Source: a virus
Length of the DNA stretch: 64,000 bases
IMG/VR virus record: IMGVR_UViG_3300044568_003939
Direction: 5' to 3' (one strand)
Position numbers and translations under genes: made by a program. Each line of letters opens with the position of its first letter. Position 1 is the first letter of the stretch. The notes under the pieces are model-generated. The model was not told the DNA's origin. It was given only the letters and a program-made list of their open reading frames with translations, and ran no database searches. Shown piece after piece: positions 29,290-39,849 of this stretch.

Positions 29290-30675
29290 ATGTTTAATTC
29301 AGAACAACTACAAAAGAAATGGGCTCCAATCTTGGAAGCCAAAGACGCTCCTTCATTCAAGGACAACTATCGTAAAGCAATCACTGCAGTTCTCCTTGAA
29401 AACCAAGAGAAAGCACTTCGCGAAGAAAATGCACAATCATCATTCCTCAACGAAGGAAACAGCATTGGAGCCGGAACTGGCGCAGTTAAGACCTGGGATC
29501 CAGTTCTTATCAGCCTTGTTCGTCGTTCAATGCCTAACATCGTTGCTTATGACATTGCTGGTGTTCAACCAATGACCATGCCTACTGGCTTGATCTTTGC
29601 AATGCGCTCGCAATATCAAAATGCTGCTGGCACAAACACTGCTGAAGCTCTTTTCAACAAGCCTGCAACTAACTTCTCTGGAAGTGTTACTACGGCTCAA
29701 GGAGAAGCACTTACTGGCAATGGTGTTGATGGTAACTACTCTGACCCAGGTGGTTTTGGTATTGGTGCAACTGCAGCTGTTACTGTTAGCATTGGCCGCA
29801 CAACCGGTTCTTCTGGTTTTGGTCAAATGGGCTTCACTGTTGACAAGACCACTGTTACTGCTAAGACACGCGCTCTTAAAGCAGAATACACAATGGAACT
29901 TGCTCAAGACCTTAAGGCTGTTCACGGCCTTGATGCAGAAGCTGAACTTGCAAATATCCTCTCTGTTGAAATCCTTGCAGAAATCAACCGTGAAGTTATT
30001 GAAACTGTTAATCTTAAGGCACAAGTTGGTGGTATTCGCAACGTAATCCTTGCTGGTGCATCTGGTGGTGCTGGTACTGCAACTGTTTCGGCTACTGCAA
30101 GCGGTGCATTTGATATTAATGAAGATGCAGACGGCCGTTGGGCTGTTGAGAAGTTCAAATCACTTCTTTTCCAAATTGAAATTGAAGCCAACTACATTGC
30201 AAAAGCAACACGTCGTGGTAAAGGTAACATCGTTATTTGCTCAAGTAACATTGCATCTGCTCTTGCAGCTGCTGGTGTTCTTGACTATTCCCCAGCGCTT
30301 TCAACCAACCTGAATGTTGATGACACAGGTAACGTATTTGCTGGTGTTCTTAACGGACGCATGAAGGTGTTCATCGACCCATTCGCTGACACTGATTATG
30401 TGACTGTTGGTTATCGTGGAACCAATGCATATGATGCAGGTATCTTCTATTGCCCATATGTTCCATTGACAATGGTTCGTGCCGTTGATCCTAACACCTT
30501 CCAACCAAAGATTGGTTTCAAGACACGTTATGGTCTCGTTGCTAACCCATTTGCATGTTTGCCAGGTGCAACTGACTCGCTTGGAGTTGATGGTCAAAAC
30601 CCATACTTCCGTAAGTTCACAGTTACCGGTCTCGGCGGTGGATCTTATATCCCAACTGAACAATACGCTTCATAA
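29290..30675 (+). CDS. gp23: major capsid protein gp23
   Basis: DPVLISLVRR.MP, GVQPM..PTGLIFAMR, KAEYTMELAQDLKAVHGLDAE, FQPKIGFKTRYG. Confidence 0.98.
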   Translation: MFNSEQLQKKWAPILEAKDAPSFKDNYRKAITAVLLENQEKALREENAQSSFLNEGNSIGAGTGAVKTWDPVLISLVRRSMPNIVAYDIAGVQPMTMPTGLIFAMRSQYQNAAGTNTAEALFNKPATNFSGSVTTAQGEALTGNGVDGNYSDPGGFGIGATAAVTVSIGRTTGSSGFGQMGFTVDKTTVTAKTRALKAEYTMELAQDLKAVHGLDAEAELANILSVEILAEINREVIETVNLKAQVGGIRNVILAGASGGAGTATVSATASGAFDINEDADGRWAVEKFKSLLFQIEIEANYIAKATRRGKGNIVICSSNIASALAAAGVLDYSPALSTNLNVDDTGNVFAGVLNGRMKVFIDPFADTDYVTVGYRGTNAYDAGIFYCPYVPLTMVRAVDPNTFQPKIGFKTRYGLVANPFACLPGATDSLGVDGQNPYFRKFTVTGLGGGSYIPTEQYAS

Positions 30676-30702
30676 GTTGGAGTAATCCCTTTAGGGAATC
30701 GT

Positions 30703-30737
30703 AAGGTGGGCAATCGAAAGGTTGCCCACCTTTTTTA
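30703..30737 (+). terminator. rho-independent terminator after gp23
   Basis: aaggtgggcaatc-gaaa-ggttgcccacctt followed by a T-run. Confidence 0.85.
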
Positions 30738-30758
30738 CTTTAATAAATACCTTATAAT

Positions 30759-31211
30759 ATGGCTACCAATTTATTATCATTGACTGGGTTTAAGATGCAG
30801 TTTAATACTGACCAGTTTTCTATGTGTGAGCGTCTTGCAGTATCAGCTTCTTTTCCAAGCATAAGCGTTAGTGAAGTTGCTATCAACTTCTCCAACAAAG
30901 CAGGCTATGTTAGCAGCGGATTCCTTGAGTATGGAGAGTTGAGCGTACGCATTGCTGTTGATGAAGCGCTAGGTGTATATGAAGAATTATACAATTGGAT
31001 AAAGCGCAACAGTGAAGGAGCAGCATTAGAAACATATGGTCTTGTATTAAACTTTGTCACAAGTCATTTTAATGTATCACGCAGTGTGAGTTTTAACAGT
31101 GTATTTGCTAGCAGCATCAGTGGTATAGAATTAAACGCTCAGGCTACAGATGTAGAGTATGCATATATTGATGTGACATTTAAATATGACAGCTTTGATT
31201 TCCTAGATTAA
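30759..31211 (+). CDS. gp3: tail completion protein gp3-like
   Basis: NLLS.TGF, L.V...VDE....Y.ELYNWI, VTFKY; synteny. Confidence 0.75.
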   Translation: MATNLLSLTGFKMQFNTDQFSMCERLAVSASFPSISVSEVAINFSNKAGYVSSGFLEYGELSVRIAVDEALGVYEELYNWIKRNSEGAALETYGLVLNFVTSHFNVSRSVSFNSVFASSISGIELNAQATDVEYAYIDVTFKYDSFDFLD

Positions 31212-31235
31212 AAACGTATAAATCAATCTAGAACA

Positions 31236-31682
31236 ATGACTCTAGATGATATATTAAAAATGTGGGCTGAGGACATCAAGATTGATGAAGTTAATCTTGA
31301 TGTTACTAGTATGAAGAGTGCTCAGTTGCACTCAAAATATCTTGAGCTATACAGCTTAAGTAAATTGCAATTTAAAAAAGGTGAATTGGGTATGGCTGTT
31401 CTTAAAAAAGATAAATGGTTATACTATAACGGCAAGATGAGTAAAGAAGATATGGACAGCCGTGGATGGAATTACGATCCTTTTGCTGGAATGGCCAAAC
31501 CGCTTAAAAGTGATATGGATCTTTTTTATGAAACTGATGCTGACATTAGCAAACTTCGCATGAAGTTGGACTATCAGCAGGTTATTGTTGATAGTCTTAA
31601 AGATATTCTTGACAACATCAAATGGCGTCACTCACATATTAAAAATATTTTGGATTTTCGAAGATTCACTGCAGGAGTTTGA
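31236..31682 (+). CDS. uvsY: recombination mediator UvsY
   Basis: LHSKYL, KWLYYNGK, IKWR...IKN; synteny. Confidence 0.88.
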   Translation: MTLDDILKMWAEDIKIDEVNLDVTSMKSAQLHSKYLELYSLSKLQFKKGELGMAVLKKDKWLYYNGKMSKEDMDSRGWNYDPFAGMAKPLKSDMDLFYETDADISKLRMKLDYQQVIVDSLKDILDNIKWRHSHIKNILDFRRFTAGV

Positions 31683-31683
31683 T

Positions 31684-33183
31684 ATGGCTGACATTACCGT
31701 AAAGAAAGTAAATGAGTGCACTCTAAAAATTTGGAGTGATGACCATGGTATACTCATGGAAGCGCAAGAATACTTTACTTTTTTTGCTGAAGGTTACAAA
31801 TATATGGTGGCATTTAAAAATCGCATGTGGGATGGGCGGGTAAGACTCTTGGATATGCGTAGCCACACATTACCGTATGGACTCCTGTTGGAATTGCTTA
31901 AGTTTGCAGATGCTCGCAAATATACCGTAGAACTTGATCGTGATATACGTGATCGCACTCCTCAAAATAAAACAGGATTGGTTGACTATGCAAAAAGTCT
32001 AACTCTAATGGGTGGAGCATCCCGCATTGAGGCCCGTGACTATCAATTGGCCGCCTACTCGCACGCATTATGCGAAGGGCGCAGTTTGGTTATCAGTCCA
32101 ACTGGCAGCGGCAAGAGTTTAATTATCTACATGATGATACGTTGGTATCTTGATAATCATGATGATAGTATATTGATTGTGGTTCCCACAACAAGTTTGG
32201 TTGAGCAGCTGACAAAAGACTTTGCAGATTATAGCAGTGCAGATGATGGCTTTGATGCTGACATTGATGTTCATAAAATTTACAGTGGCAAAGAAAAAAA
32301 TAACTTTGAATCACGCGTAGTAGTTACCACATGGCAAAGCGCCATCACATTGCCTAAGAGTTGGTTTGCAAAGTATGGCATGGTTGTAGGCGATGAAGCG
32401 CATCTATTTAAAGCAAAGAGTCTTAATGCTATTATGAGTGCGCTAGTGAATGCAAGCTACCGCATTGGTACAACTGGAACTATCGACAACAGTCAGTGTA
32501 ATGAATTGGTGCTGGTTGGCAACTTTGGGCCTGTGCATCGTGTTATTACAACAAAAGAATTGATTGACAGCAATACTCTTGCAGCTCTCAAAATCAAATG
32601 TATTGTATTGAATCACACTGAAGAGTTGAAAAAGATTGTCAGTAAGTTGGACTATCAGGCTGAAATCAATGCTATTGTAAGTCACGCTGGTCGCAATGCT
32701 TTTATTACTCGTCTTGCATTGGATCAAAAAGGTAATACGCTGGTGTTGTTTAACCTGGTTGCCAAACATGGCAAACCATTGTATGAGGCTATTCGCGCAG
32801 CTGCAGCGCCTGAGCGCAAAGTATTTTATGTAAGCGGAGAAGTTAATGCAACAGACCGTGAAACCATTCGAGAAATCACTGAACAGCAAACAGATGCAAT
32901 TATTGTGGCCAGCATTGGGACCTTTAGTGTAGGGATAAATATTCGCAATCTCCACCAGATTGTTTTTGCTGCACCAACAAAGAGTCAGATACGTGTACTG
33001 CAAAGCATTGGCCGCGGACTACGAAAAAGTGATGATGGCCGAGGATGCACAGTGTATGATATATCAGACAACTTTAGCTGGAAGAAGAAAAAGAACTACA
33101 CCATGAATCATGCTATTGATCGTGTCAAGATATATAATAAAGAAGGTTTTGAATACAAGATTTATGAAATTGAACTGCCATGA
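31684..33183 (+). CDS. uvsW: SF2 helicase UvsW
   Basis: WDGRVRL, SPTGSGKS, DEAH, QSIGRGLR. Confidence 0.95.
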   Translation: MADITVKKVNECTLKIWSDDHGILMEAQEYFTFFAEGYKYMVAFKNRMWDGRVRLLDMRSHTLPYGLLLELLKFADARKYTVELDRDIRDRTPQNKTGLVDYAKSLTLMGGASRIEARDYQLAAYSHALCEGRSLVISPTGSGKSLIIYMMIRWYLDNHDDSILIVVPTTSLVEQLTKDFADYSSADDGFDADIDVHKIYSGKEKNNFESRVVVTTWQSAITLPKSWFAKYGMVVGDEAHLFKAKSLNAIMSALVNASYRIGTTGTIDNSQCNELVLVGNFGPVHRVITTKELIDSNTLAALKIKCIVLNHTEELKKIVSKLDYQAEINAIVSHAGRNAFITRLALDQKGNTLVLFNLVAKHGKPLYEAIRAAAAPERKVFYVSGEVNATDRETIREITEQQTDAIIVASIGTFSVGINIRNLHQIVFAAPTKSQIRVLQSIGRGLRKSDDGRGCTVYDISDNFSWKKKKNYTMNHAIDRVKIYNKEGFEYKIYEIELP

Positions 33184-33602
33184 ATAATACCATCGACACC
33201 CTCGAGCATCTAGACATTCGTGTATACAACACAGTTAGCGGTCGACAACTGATTGGGGAATTTCAGGAGCTGTATGATGATACGATTCTACTTAATAGTC
33301 CACTTGAAATGGTACGAGTACAGGTGCAGCAAGGTATTGGCGTTCGTATGGTGAATGCAGTACCACAAAATGAAGGTGAGCCAATGAGCCTTTACTTGCA
33401 TGCAGTAGAAAGCGAATCCTTCGCTTCTGACGTTCTTAAGGAATCATATTATAAACAACTGGTGATTGATCGAATCTCGTCGTTATTTACAGAATCGTAT
33501 GAGAATGGAATCAAAGGCGATGAGCAAACCTTAACTGACCTTGATCCTCCAGATTCATTTAAGCATGATTGGAATGGATCAGCAGACCGATGGAAGAATT
33601 GA
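33180..33602 (+). CDS. hypothetical (Sm-like fold protein typically found between uvsW and gp55)
   Basis: SG.QLIGE...L.SPL pattern; synteny. Confidence 0.5.
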   Translation: MNNTIDTLEHLDIRVYNTVSGRQLIGEFQELYDDTILLNSPLEMVRVQVQQGIGVRMVNAVPQNEGEPMSLYLHAVESESFASDVLKESYYKQLVIDRISSLFTESYENGIKGDEQTLTDLDPPDSFKHDWNGSADRWKN

Positions 33603-33626
33603 TTGTTTAGCGGTTGTTCTATTAGT

Positions 33627-33655
33627 ATTATAACAAGAGTGAATAGTCTTGTAAA
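33627..33655 (-). promoter_or_regulatory. antisense sigma70-type promoter TTTACA-17-TATAAT
   Basis: Minus strand reads TTTACAagactattcactcttgtTATAAT; back-to-back with the gp55 promoter. Confidence 0.65.
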
Positions 33656-33686
33656 TAACAAAATGCATTTCCATAGAAAAAAGTTG

Positions 33687-33714
33687 TTTACATTACTTTA
33701 AATTTTGTTATAAT
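33687..33714 (+). promoter_or_regulatory. sigma70-type promoter of gp55 (extended -10)
   Basis: TTTACA-16-TATAAT with TG extension, 6 nt before the ATG. Confidence 0.7.
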
Positions 33715-33720
33715 ATACTT

Positions 33721-34338
33721 ATGCAGATTGAAAAACCAAAAAGAAAAAGTCGTGGTACCGACTATGTTAATAACGCAATATTTAGTGAAGAGGTTATGAC
33801 ATATGTAAACAGCGTGACTACCGCTAAAGAAGCGGGAACCGAGCCACCCAACATTCCCAATGATATTGGTGAAGCATTCATGAAAATTTGTAATGGCCTA
33901 GCACGCAGCCCAAGTTTCATGAATTACAGTTACCGTGAAGATATGGTTATGGATGCAGTAGAAAATTGCGTTAAAGCAATTATGAATTATGATGTTACTA
34001 AAACTACTCGCACAGGCGCACCCAATGCTTTTAGTTACTTTACACAAATTGCATACTTTGCTTTCCTCCGACGTATTGCTAAGGAAAAAAAGCAAACCAC
34101 AATCAAGCAACTTTTGATTGAAAAAGGTGGGATTGGTATGTTTGCACAATTTGATGATGATGCATTAAATGGCGGTGAAACCATGGTTGAAAAGATTCGA
34201 CAAAAAAATGATGCTTTTTACAATGTTGAGCGCTGTACTTCAAATGGCGAAGCATTGCCTCAAAAGAAAACTGCTCCCAAAAGAGTTGCAAGTGTTAAGA
34301 AGAGTGCAGGCCCTCTTACAGATTTTTTAAATGCCTAA
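33721..34338 (+). CDS. gp55: late sigma factor gp55
   Basis: YVNN..F, IGEAFMKI..GL...P.F.NYSYREDM, NAFSYFTQI.YFAFLRRIAKEKKQ. Confidence 0.95.
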   Translation: MQIEKPKRKSRGTDYVNNAIFSEEVMTYVNSVTTAKEAGTEPPNIPNDIGEAFMKICNGLARSPSFMNYSYREDMVMDAVENCVKAIMNYDVTKTTRTGAPNAFSYFTQIAYFAFLRRIAKEKKQTTIKQLLIEKGGIGMFAQFDDDALNGGETMVEKIRQKNDAFYNVERCTSNGEALPQKKTAPKRVASVKKSAGPLTDFLNA

Positions 34339-34339
34339 T

Positions 34340-35419
34340 ATGAAAATTGCAGTTCTCACGGATACCCATGCTGGCATAAAAACCGGCAGTGATATATTTC
34401 TTGACTATGCTGAGCGATTCTATAGCGAAGTATTTTTCCCGTATTGCCTAAGGCACAACATTAAAAAGATACTTCATCTTGGAGACTATTTTGATCATCG
34501 ACGCTATATCAACTATAAAGTGTTGAATCGCAATCGTGCTATGTTTATTGATAAGCTGTATGAATATGATATGCATATGGATATTATCCCAGGCAATCAT
34601 GATGTGTTTTTTAAAAATACCAACAATCTATGCAGCCTCAATGAAGTATTAGGCAAGTACTCTGAAGTGGTTACTGTTCATATGGAGCCTACGGTTGTTT
34701 CGTATGGCTCATTGGACATTGCGCTGTTGCCTTGGATCAATTCAGAAAATTATGCAGAGAGTATTCGCTTCATTGAGAGCGCACCGGCGGCATGGCTTGG
34801 TAGTCACCTTGAGTTGAGTGGATTTGAAATGATGAAAGGCGCACCGGCTACCAGTCATGGTATGGATGCTTCATTGTTTGGGCGCTATGAAACAGTAATG
34901 AGTGGGCACTATCATACCAAGAGTCAACGCGATAATATTCATTACTTAGGAGTTGCCTTTGAACACACCTGGGCAGATTGCAATGACCCCAAGTATTGGC
35001 ATGTGATTGACACTGAAACACGCGAGCTGTTGCCAATCCGCAATGCCCTGTGTATGTTTAAAAAACTGGTATATGATGATACACCATATGATGCACCGGT
35101 TGAGGCAATCAACAGAATGGATTTTAGCGCAGTAAATGGAACCTTTATTAAAGTAATTGTTGCTGCAAAGAAAGATCCATTTGCTTTTGACAAGTACATC
35201 GATCGTATCAGCGCTCAAGAACCATTTGACCTAAAGATTGTTGAAAATTTTGCAGAGTATAATAGCGAGAACGTTCTCGATGAAGAAGTAAATGTCAGCG
35301 ATACTAGCACACTATTAAATACTTATGTCGATGCAGTTGAAACTGAATTGGATAAAGGCCGCATCAAAACCAAATTGCAAGAACTCTATATTGAAGCGCA
35401 AAACGCCGATGCATTATGA
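34340..35419 (+). CDS. gp47: recombination endonuclease gp47 (Mre11-like)
   Basis: TDTH.G, LGD.FD, GNHD, SGHYH. Confidence 0.93.
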   Translation: MKIAVLTDTHAGIKTGSDIFLDYAERFYSEVFFPYCLRHNIKKILHLGDYFDHRRYINYKVLNRNRAMFIDKLYEYDMHMDIIPGNHDVFFKNTNNLCSLNEVLGKYSEVVTVHMEPTVVSYGSLDIALLPWINSENYAESIRFIESAPAAWLGSHLELSGFEMMKGAPATSHGMDASLFGRYETVMSGHYHTKSQRDNIHYLGVAFEHTWADCNDPKYWHVIDTETRELLPIRNALCMFKKLVYDDTPYDAPVEAINRMDFSAVNGTFIKVIVAAKKDPFAFDKYIDRISAQEPFDLKIVENFAEYNSENVLDEEVNVSDTSTLLNTYVDAVETELDKGRIKTKLQELYIEAQNADAL

Positions 35420-37137
35420 TTATTTTCCGTAAACTAAAATATAAAAATTTCCTTAGCGTAGGAGACAATGAAATTGAAATTGACCTTGACAGCATTCGCT
35501 CTACACTTATTGTAGGCCACAATGGCAGCGGCAAGAGTCTAATGCTGGATGCACTAAGCTTTGTCTTGTTTGGCAAACCGCATCGTAGTATCAACAAACC
35601 TCAACTTGTCAACAGCATCAATGGCAAAGGCTGCAAGGTTGAAGTTGAATTCAATATTGGGCCAAGTGAATATAAGATTGTGCGTGGTCTCAAACCCAAC
35701 ATATTTGAAATTTGGTTGAATGGCAATCTAGTAAATCAGGAAAGCCACAGCCGTGATTATCAAAAGCTACTTGAGACAAACATTCTCAAATTGAATCACA
35801 AAAGCTTCCATCAAGTTGTGGTATTGGGCAGCAGTAACTTTACACCATTCATGCAGCTTAGTACGTATGCTCGACGTGAGGTTATTGAAGACTTGCTAGA
35901 TATTGGTATCTTTAGCAAAATGAATGTTGTGCTTAAAGAAAATCAAGCGAAGCTAAAGGATACAATTAAAGATACTGAATATCAATACAATTTGACCAAA
36001 GAAAAGATTGTGCTGCAAAGCAAACACATTAGCAATCTTAAAAACATCAACGCTAGCAATGCCGCTAAGTATGATGAAGAAATCACCGAATTGAGCAATC
36101 ACATTGCAACATTAGTTGAAGCCAATGCTGCGCTTGCTGAAGAGTATGGCACAGAGTTTGGCAAGGCCAAAACCAAAAGCGAACGCGACCAGAAAACAAA
36201 AGCAAGTCTATTGTCTTATGAAAGACAAATTAAAGACAACATCAAAAAGATTGTATCAGAATCAAAGTTCTATGAGACCAATGCTGATTGCCCAACATGC
36301 AGTCAAGCTATTGATGAAGGCATGCGAGACCATAAGATTGGGCAATGTAAAAGTAAAGCACACAAATTGAACGAAGGCTATGAACGGCTGCAGATTAGCT
36401 TGGACGAAACTGTTGCAGCTCTTGCACAAACCGAAAAGACACTGCAACATCTTAATAGCCTTAACAGCACCATTCACAGCAACCTTAAACTAATCAGCAA
36501 CTTTGAGCAGCGTATATCTTCATTGCTTGCTGTTAAAAACGAGCAGCACAGTGATATTGATATTGATGGTGCAACAGCTGAACTTGATACTCTTAAAGAT
36601 AGCCGTGATATTCTAGGCGATCATAAAAGCACACAACTTGAAGAGCGCACCTACAATGAAGTAATTGGCGAACTTCTTAAGGATACAGGCATCAAGACAA
36701 AGGTTATACGGCAATACTTGCCAGTTATGAACAAGCTCATTAACCAATACCTACAAGTACTTGACTTCTTTGTGAGTTTTAATCTTGACGAAAGCTTTAA
36801 TGAAACCATCCGCAGTCGCCATCGCGATGACTTTAGTTATGCTAGCTTTAGTGAAGGCGAAAAGAGCCGCATAAATTTAGCTATCTTATTTACATGGCGA
36901 CAAATTGCAAAGATGCAAAATAGTTGCAATACCAATCTTCTTATTCTTGATGAGGTATTTGATAGCAGCTTGGATCCAGACGGTATTGACAATCTATTGA
37001 AGATTATGAATACTCTTGACTCTGATACAACCGTATTTGTCATTAGCCACAAACAAGATTTGCTGGAAGGAAAGTTCGAACAGAAGATTGAGTTTGAAAA
37101 GCATAAAAACTTTACTCGCATAAAAAGCATTTCGTAA
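35416..37137 (+). CDS. gp46: recombination ATPase gp46 (Rad50-like)
   Basis: GHNGSGKS, CPTC zinc hook, FSEGEK, ILDEVFDSSLD, ISH. Confidence 0.95.
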   Translation: MIIFRKLKYKNFLSVGDNEIEIDLDSIRSTLIVGHNGSGKSLMLDALSFVLFGKPHRSINKPQLVNSINGKGCKVEVEFNIGPSEYKIVRGLKPNIFEIWLNGNLVNQESHSRDYQKLLETNILKLNHKSFHQVVVLGSSNFTPFMQLSTYARREVIEDLLDIGIFSKMNVVLKENQAKLKDTIKDTEYQYNLTKEKIVLQSKHISNLKNINASNAAKYDEEITELSNHIATLVEANAALAEEYGTEFGKAKTKSERDQKTKASLLSYERQIKDNIKKIVSESKFYETNADCPTCSQAIDEGMRDHKIGQCKSKAHKLNEGYERLQISLDETVAALAQTEKTLQHLNSLNSTIHSNLKLISNFEQRISSLLAVKNEQHSDIDIDGATAELDTLKDSRDILGDHKSTQLEERTYNEVIGELLKDTGIKTKVIRQYLPVMNKLINQYLQVLDFFVSFNLDESFNETIRSRHRDDFSYASFSEGEKSRINLAILFTWRQIAKMQNSCNTNLLILDEVFDSSLDPDGIDNLLKIMNTLDSDTTVFVISHKQDLLEGKFEQKIEFEKHKNFTRIKSIS

Positions 37138-37162
37138 CCTATTACAAATCAAAAGGTTACAG

Positions 37163-37200
37163 TGCCCATTTTGCCCGTTTTAGAGCAAAATGGGCATTTC
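37163..37200 (+). terminator. stem-loop after gp46
   Basis: tgcccattttgc...gcaaaatgggca followed by ttt. Confidence 0.7.
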
Positions 37201-37331
37201 TGCATTTTAACGGTAGAATACCCATCCAACATGGTTAAAATGCCCAAAAAGCATGGTTTGCCGTAAAGTGTTGAAAATCAATGGTTTTGCTGTCACTGTA
37301 AAACTTTTTTCACATAATCAGCATTTTTCTA

Positions 37332-37360
37332 TTTACAGATCGGAAAAAACCTGTTAGAAT
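37332..37360 (+). promoter_or_regulatory. sigma70-type promoter
   Basis: TTTACA-17-TAGAAT, 6 nt before ATG 37367. Confidence 0.65.
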
Positions 37361-37366
37361 AACTGT

Positions 37367-39730
37367 ATGCAAGCCGCCACTGTAAATCGCGAATCTCAGA
37401 AAATGCTAGCAAAGCTGCTAGCGAAAGAAAACATTAATGTTCGTGTTGGAAATTACAGCACTGCATTTTTTGATGTCGAACGACGTGTATTGGGATTGCC
37501 CATGTGGAATGCTGACAATAAGCAAGTAAGTGACCTGCTGGTCGGCCATGAAGTTGGCCATGCGCTATATACTCCAGCTGATGCAATCGCCCGCTTTCAT
37601 GAAGCACTCCCAGGAGTTCCATTTGATATTGGCAACATTGTAGAAGATGTTCGCATTGAGCGGCTTATTCAGAACAATTACCCAGGCCTTGTGTATAGCT
37701 TCAAAGAAGGATACCGACACTTTATTGAGAAAGACTTTTTCAAAATTAACGGTACTGACTTGAGCACACTGGGTTTTGCGGACCGCTTAAACATCCGCGC
37801 TAAAATTGGCACTCAACTGCAAGTGCCAATGAATGACCTTGAAGAAGCAGTATATGCACGATGCCGCGCAGCAGAAACTTATGATGAAGTACTTGATATT
37901 TGCAAGACCGTATATGAAATGGTCAGCATCGAAAAGCGTGAGGAGGAGGAGGAGGAGGAGGCGGAAACTAAAACTCCAGACACCCCCGATGAAAATTCTC
38001 CAACCACTCCTCGCGGCAAGGAAAGCAAACAAAAAAGCGATGACGCTGGTAAAGGTGAGAATGGCACCGACGGAGACCAATCAGATTCCGACAATGAAAA
38101 AGACGGCGGAACAGAAACTTATCGTGACAGCAAAGATGATGGCGGCAAAACCTCTGACAAGGCCGATTCAACCTCAGACAAAAAAGGCAAAAGCGATGAG
38201 AGAAAAGCAAACTCTAAAAAGAAAGACCGCAATGCCGAGGCTGATAAAGATGGCGAAGGAGAAAGTGTGCCTGACAACATGCCGGGCTATGGCAATGCTC
38301 AAGATGAATTGACCAGCAAGACCATGCAATCATTTGGTGAGCAACTGCATGACATGCAAGAGACTGTTACAGATTATCTTGTTGGCAATGCTCCTAATGC
38401 CGCGGAAATGATGAAGTGTGTAATTCCCGTTGAGGAAATTATGGCTGAACGCCATCGCTGCACCAGCTATGTGGCGCTTATGTCAGCCGCGGGTGTTCAA
38501 GAAGATTGGAAAGACTTTAAGTCTGCAACTAAAAAGCACATCAGCGTGTTGGTCAAAGAATTTGAACGTCGTAAAGCTGCATTCCAATATAGCCGAGCAC
38601 AGCAAAGTACTACAGGTACAATTGACGTGAACCGCCTGCATGCCTATAAGTTTGAAGATCAAATCTTCTGTAGCATTACCAAACTGGCCGATGCTAAAAA
38701 CCATGGCATGGTGTTTTTCATCGACTATTCTGGAAGCATGTCCAATACTATTGGACGCGTGATTGTTCAGACTCTGCAACTGGTGTACTTCTGCAAAGCA
38801 GTAGGTATTCCGTTTGAAGTTTACGGCTTCACCAGCCCAGTCAATTATAAGCATGAGACAGATCCTAATCTTAAGTTTGGCAGCAATATTGCATTTCGCT
38901 ATACTCACATTTTTGAATTGGTCAACAGCACCATGAAGCGTGACAAGTTTGAATTGGCATGCAAAGAACTTAAAGCTCAGGCTTATTTGCATGCCGACAG
39001 CCATGGTGGAAACGGCAGTATGCCTTTCAGCAATAACAAGTATGAGGTAATGAATGGCACTCCCCTAAACGAGACAATTGTTGTTGCACATGAAATTGTG
39101 AAACGCTTTAAGGCACGCCATCATGTACAAAAGATGAATACCATTTTCCTTACTGATGGCGATGCATGCCAAGCTCACTTTGACTACAACAATGCCGATG
39201 AGACATACCGTAAAGCTTCTACCGTTCCGGAATGGAAATGCGGTAACATGATTCCAGTAAACGGCCGCAACATTATGTTCCGCAGCTATGATAAAGGATT
39301 GTATGCCGCTCTGATTGAAAATCTCAGAATAACCTGTGGAACCACCGTGATTGGATTTTTTGTTGCCAATTACCGCAGCGACTACAAAAGCACTGCAATC
39401 ACTGCATTGCGCTATACCGCAAAGAAAGATGGCGAGATCTTGCCATGGCGCAGCGCCAATGAATTGTTCCAAAAGAAAAGTCGTGAAGCACGCAAAGAAA
39501 AGTGCATGATGATTTTAGGCGGATATAACTATGATGCATATTTTGTTTTTGATAGTAAAAACGGATTGGACATTAACGATGATGACGAGGAATTTGTCAG
39601 CAGTGTTGTTAGTGAAAGCTTCTCTGATGCATCTTCTCAGAACCGCCTTGCTAAGCAATTCACCAAATTCACCAGCGAGAAGAAGCTGTCCCGCGTATTC
39701 CTCAACAAGTTTGCAGAGATTATTGCCTAA
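37367..39730 (+). CDS. metallopeptidase-like/VWA protein (CobT-like partner of MoxR AAA)
   Basis: LAKLLAKENI, HEVGH, NIVEDVRIE, acidic linker, MIDAS DYSGSM, GTPLNE, LTDG. Confidence 0.85.
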   Translation: MQAATVNRESQKMLAKLLAKENINVRVGNYSTAFFDVERRVLGLPMWNADNKQVSDLLVGHEVGHALYTPADAIARFHEALPGVPFDIGNIVEDVRIERLIQNNYPGLVYSFKEGYRHFIEKDFFKINGTDLSTLGFADRLNIRAKIGTQLQVPMNDLEEAVYARCRAAETYDEVLDICKTVYEMVSIEKREEEEEEEAETKTPDTPDENSPTTPRGKESKQKSDDAGKGENGTDGDQSDSDNEKDGGTETYRDSKDDGGKTSDKADSTSDKKGKSDERKANSKKKDRNAEADKDGEGESVPDNMPGYGNAQDELTSKTMQSFGEQLHDMQETVTDYLVGNAPNAAEMMKCVIPVEEIMAERHRCTSYVALMSAAGVQEDWKDFKSATKKHISVLVKEFERRKAAFQYSRAQQSTTGTIDVNRLHAYKFEDQIFCSITKLADAKNHGMVFFIDYSGSMSNTIGRVIVQTLQLVYFCKAVGIPFEVYGFTSPVNYKHETDPNLKFGSNIAFRYTHIFELVNSTMKRDKFELACKELKAQAYLHADSHGGNGSMPFSNNKYEVMNGTPLNETIVVAHEIVKRFKARHHVQKMNTIFLTDGDACQAHFDYNNADETYRKASTVPEWKCGNMIPVNGRNIMFRSYDKGLYAALIENLRITCGTTVIGFFVANYRSDYKSTAITALRYTAKKDGEILPWRSANELFQKKSREARKEKCMMILGGYNYDAYFVFDSKNGLDINDDDEEFVSSVVSESFSDASSQNRLAKQFTKFTSEKKLSRVFLNKFAEIIA

Positions 39731-39788
39731 TTCACGTAACTGGTTGACTGTCAATGGTAAGAAAAAACTGAAAAAATTCTTCATTTTG

Positions 39789-39849
39789 TCCTTTACAAGT
39801 CACAAAATCTAGTGTATAATAATTCTGTAAGGCAAACCACTACATTATG
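39789..39849 (+). repeat. early promoter cassette TCCTTTACAAG-N15-TATAATAAT-N3-GTAAGG..AACCA..(AC)ATTATG; -35 hexamers at 39792, 40042, 51626, 57937, 61970, 62128, 63324
   Basis: Seven similar copies, each with a 17-bp spacer and a conserved leader ending at an ATG (leader partly diverged in some copies). Confidence 0.9.

Noticed and set aside
27993-30663. Long antisense ORFs over gp22/gp23 and similar ones over gp43, uvsW and the AAA gene
   Set aside because: Codon-bias shadows of well-supported + strand genes
37940-37960. (GAG)7 as a phase-variation tract
   Set aside because: Trinucleotide repeat in an acidic linker; slippage would keep the frame
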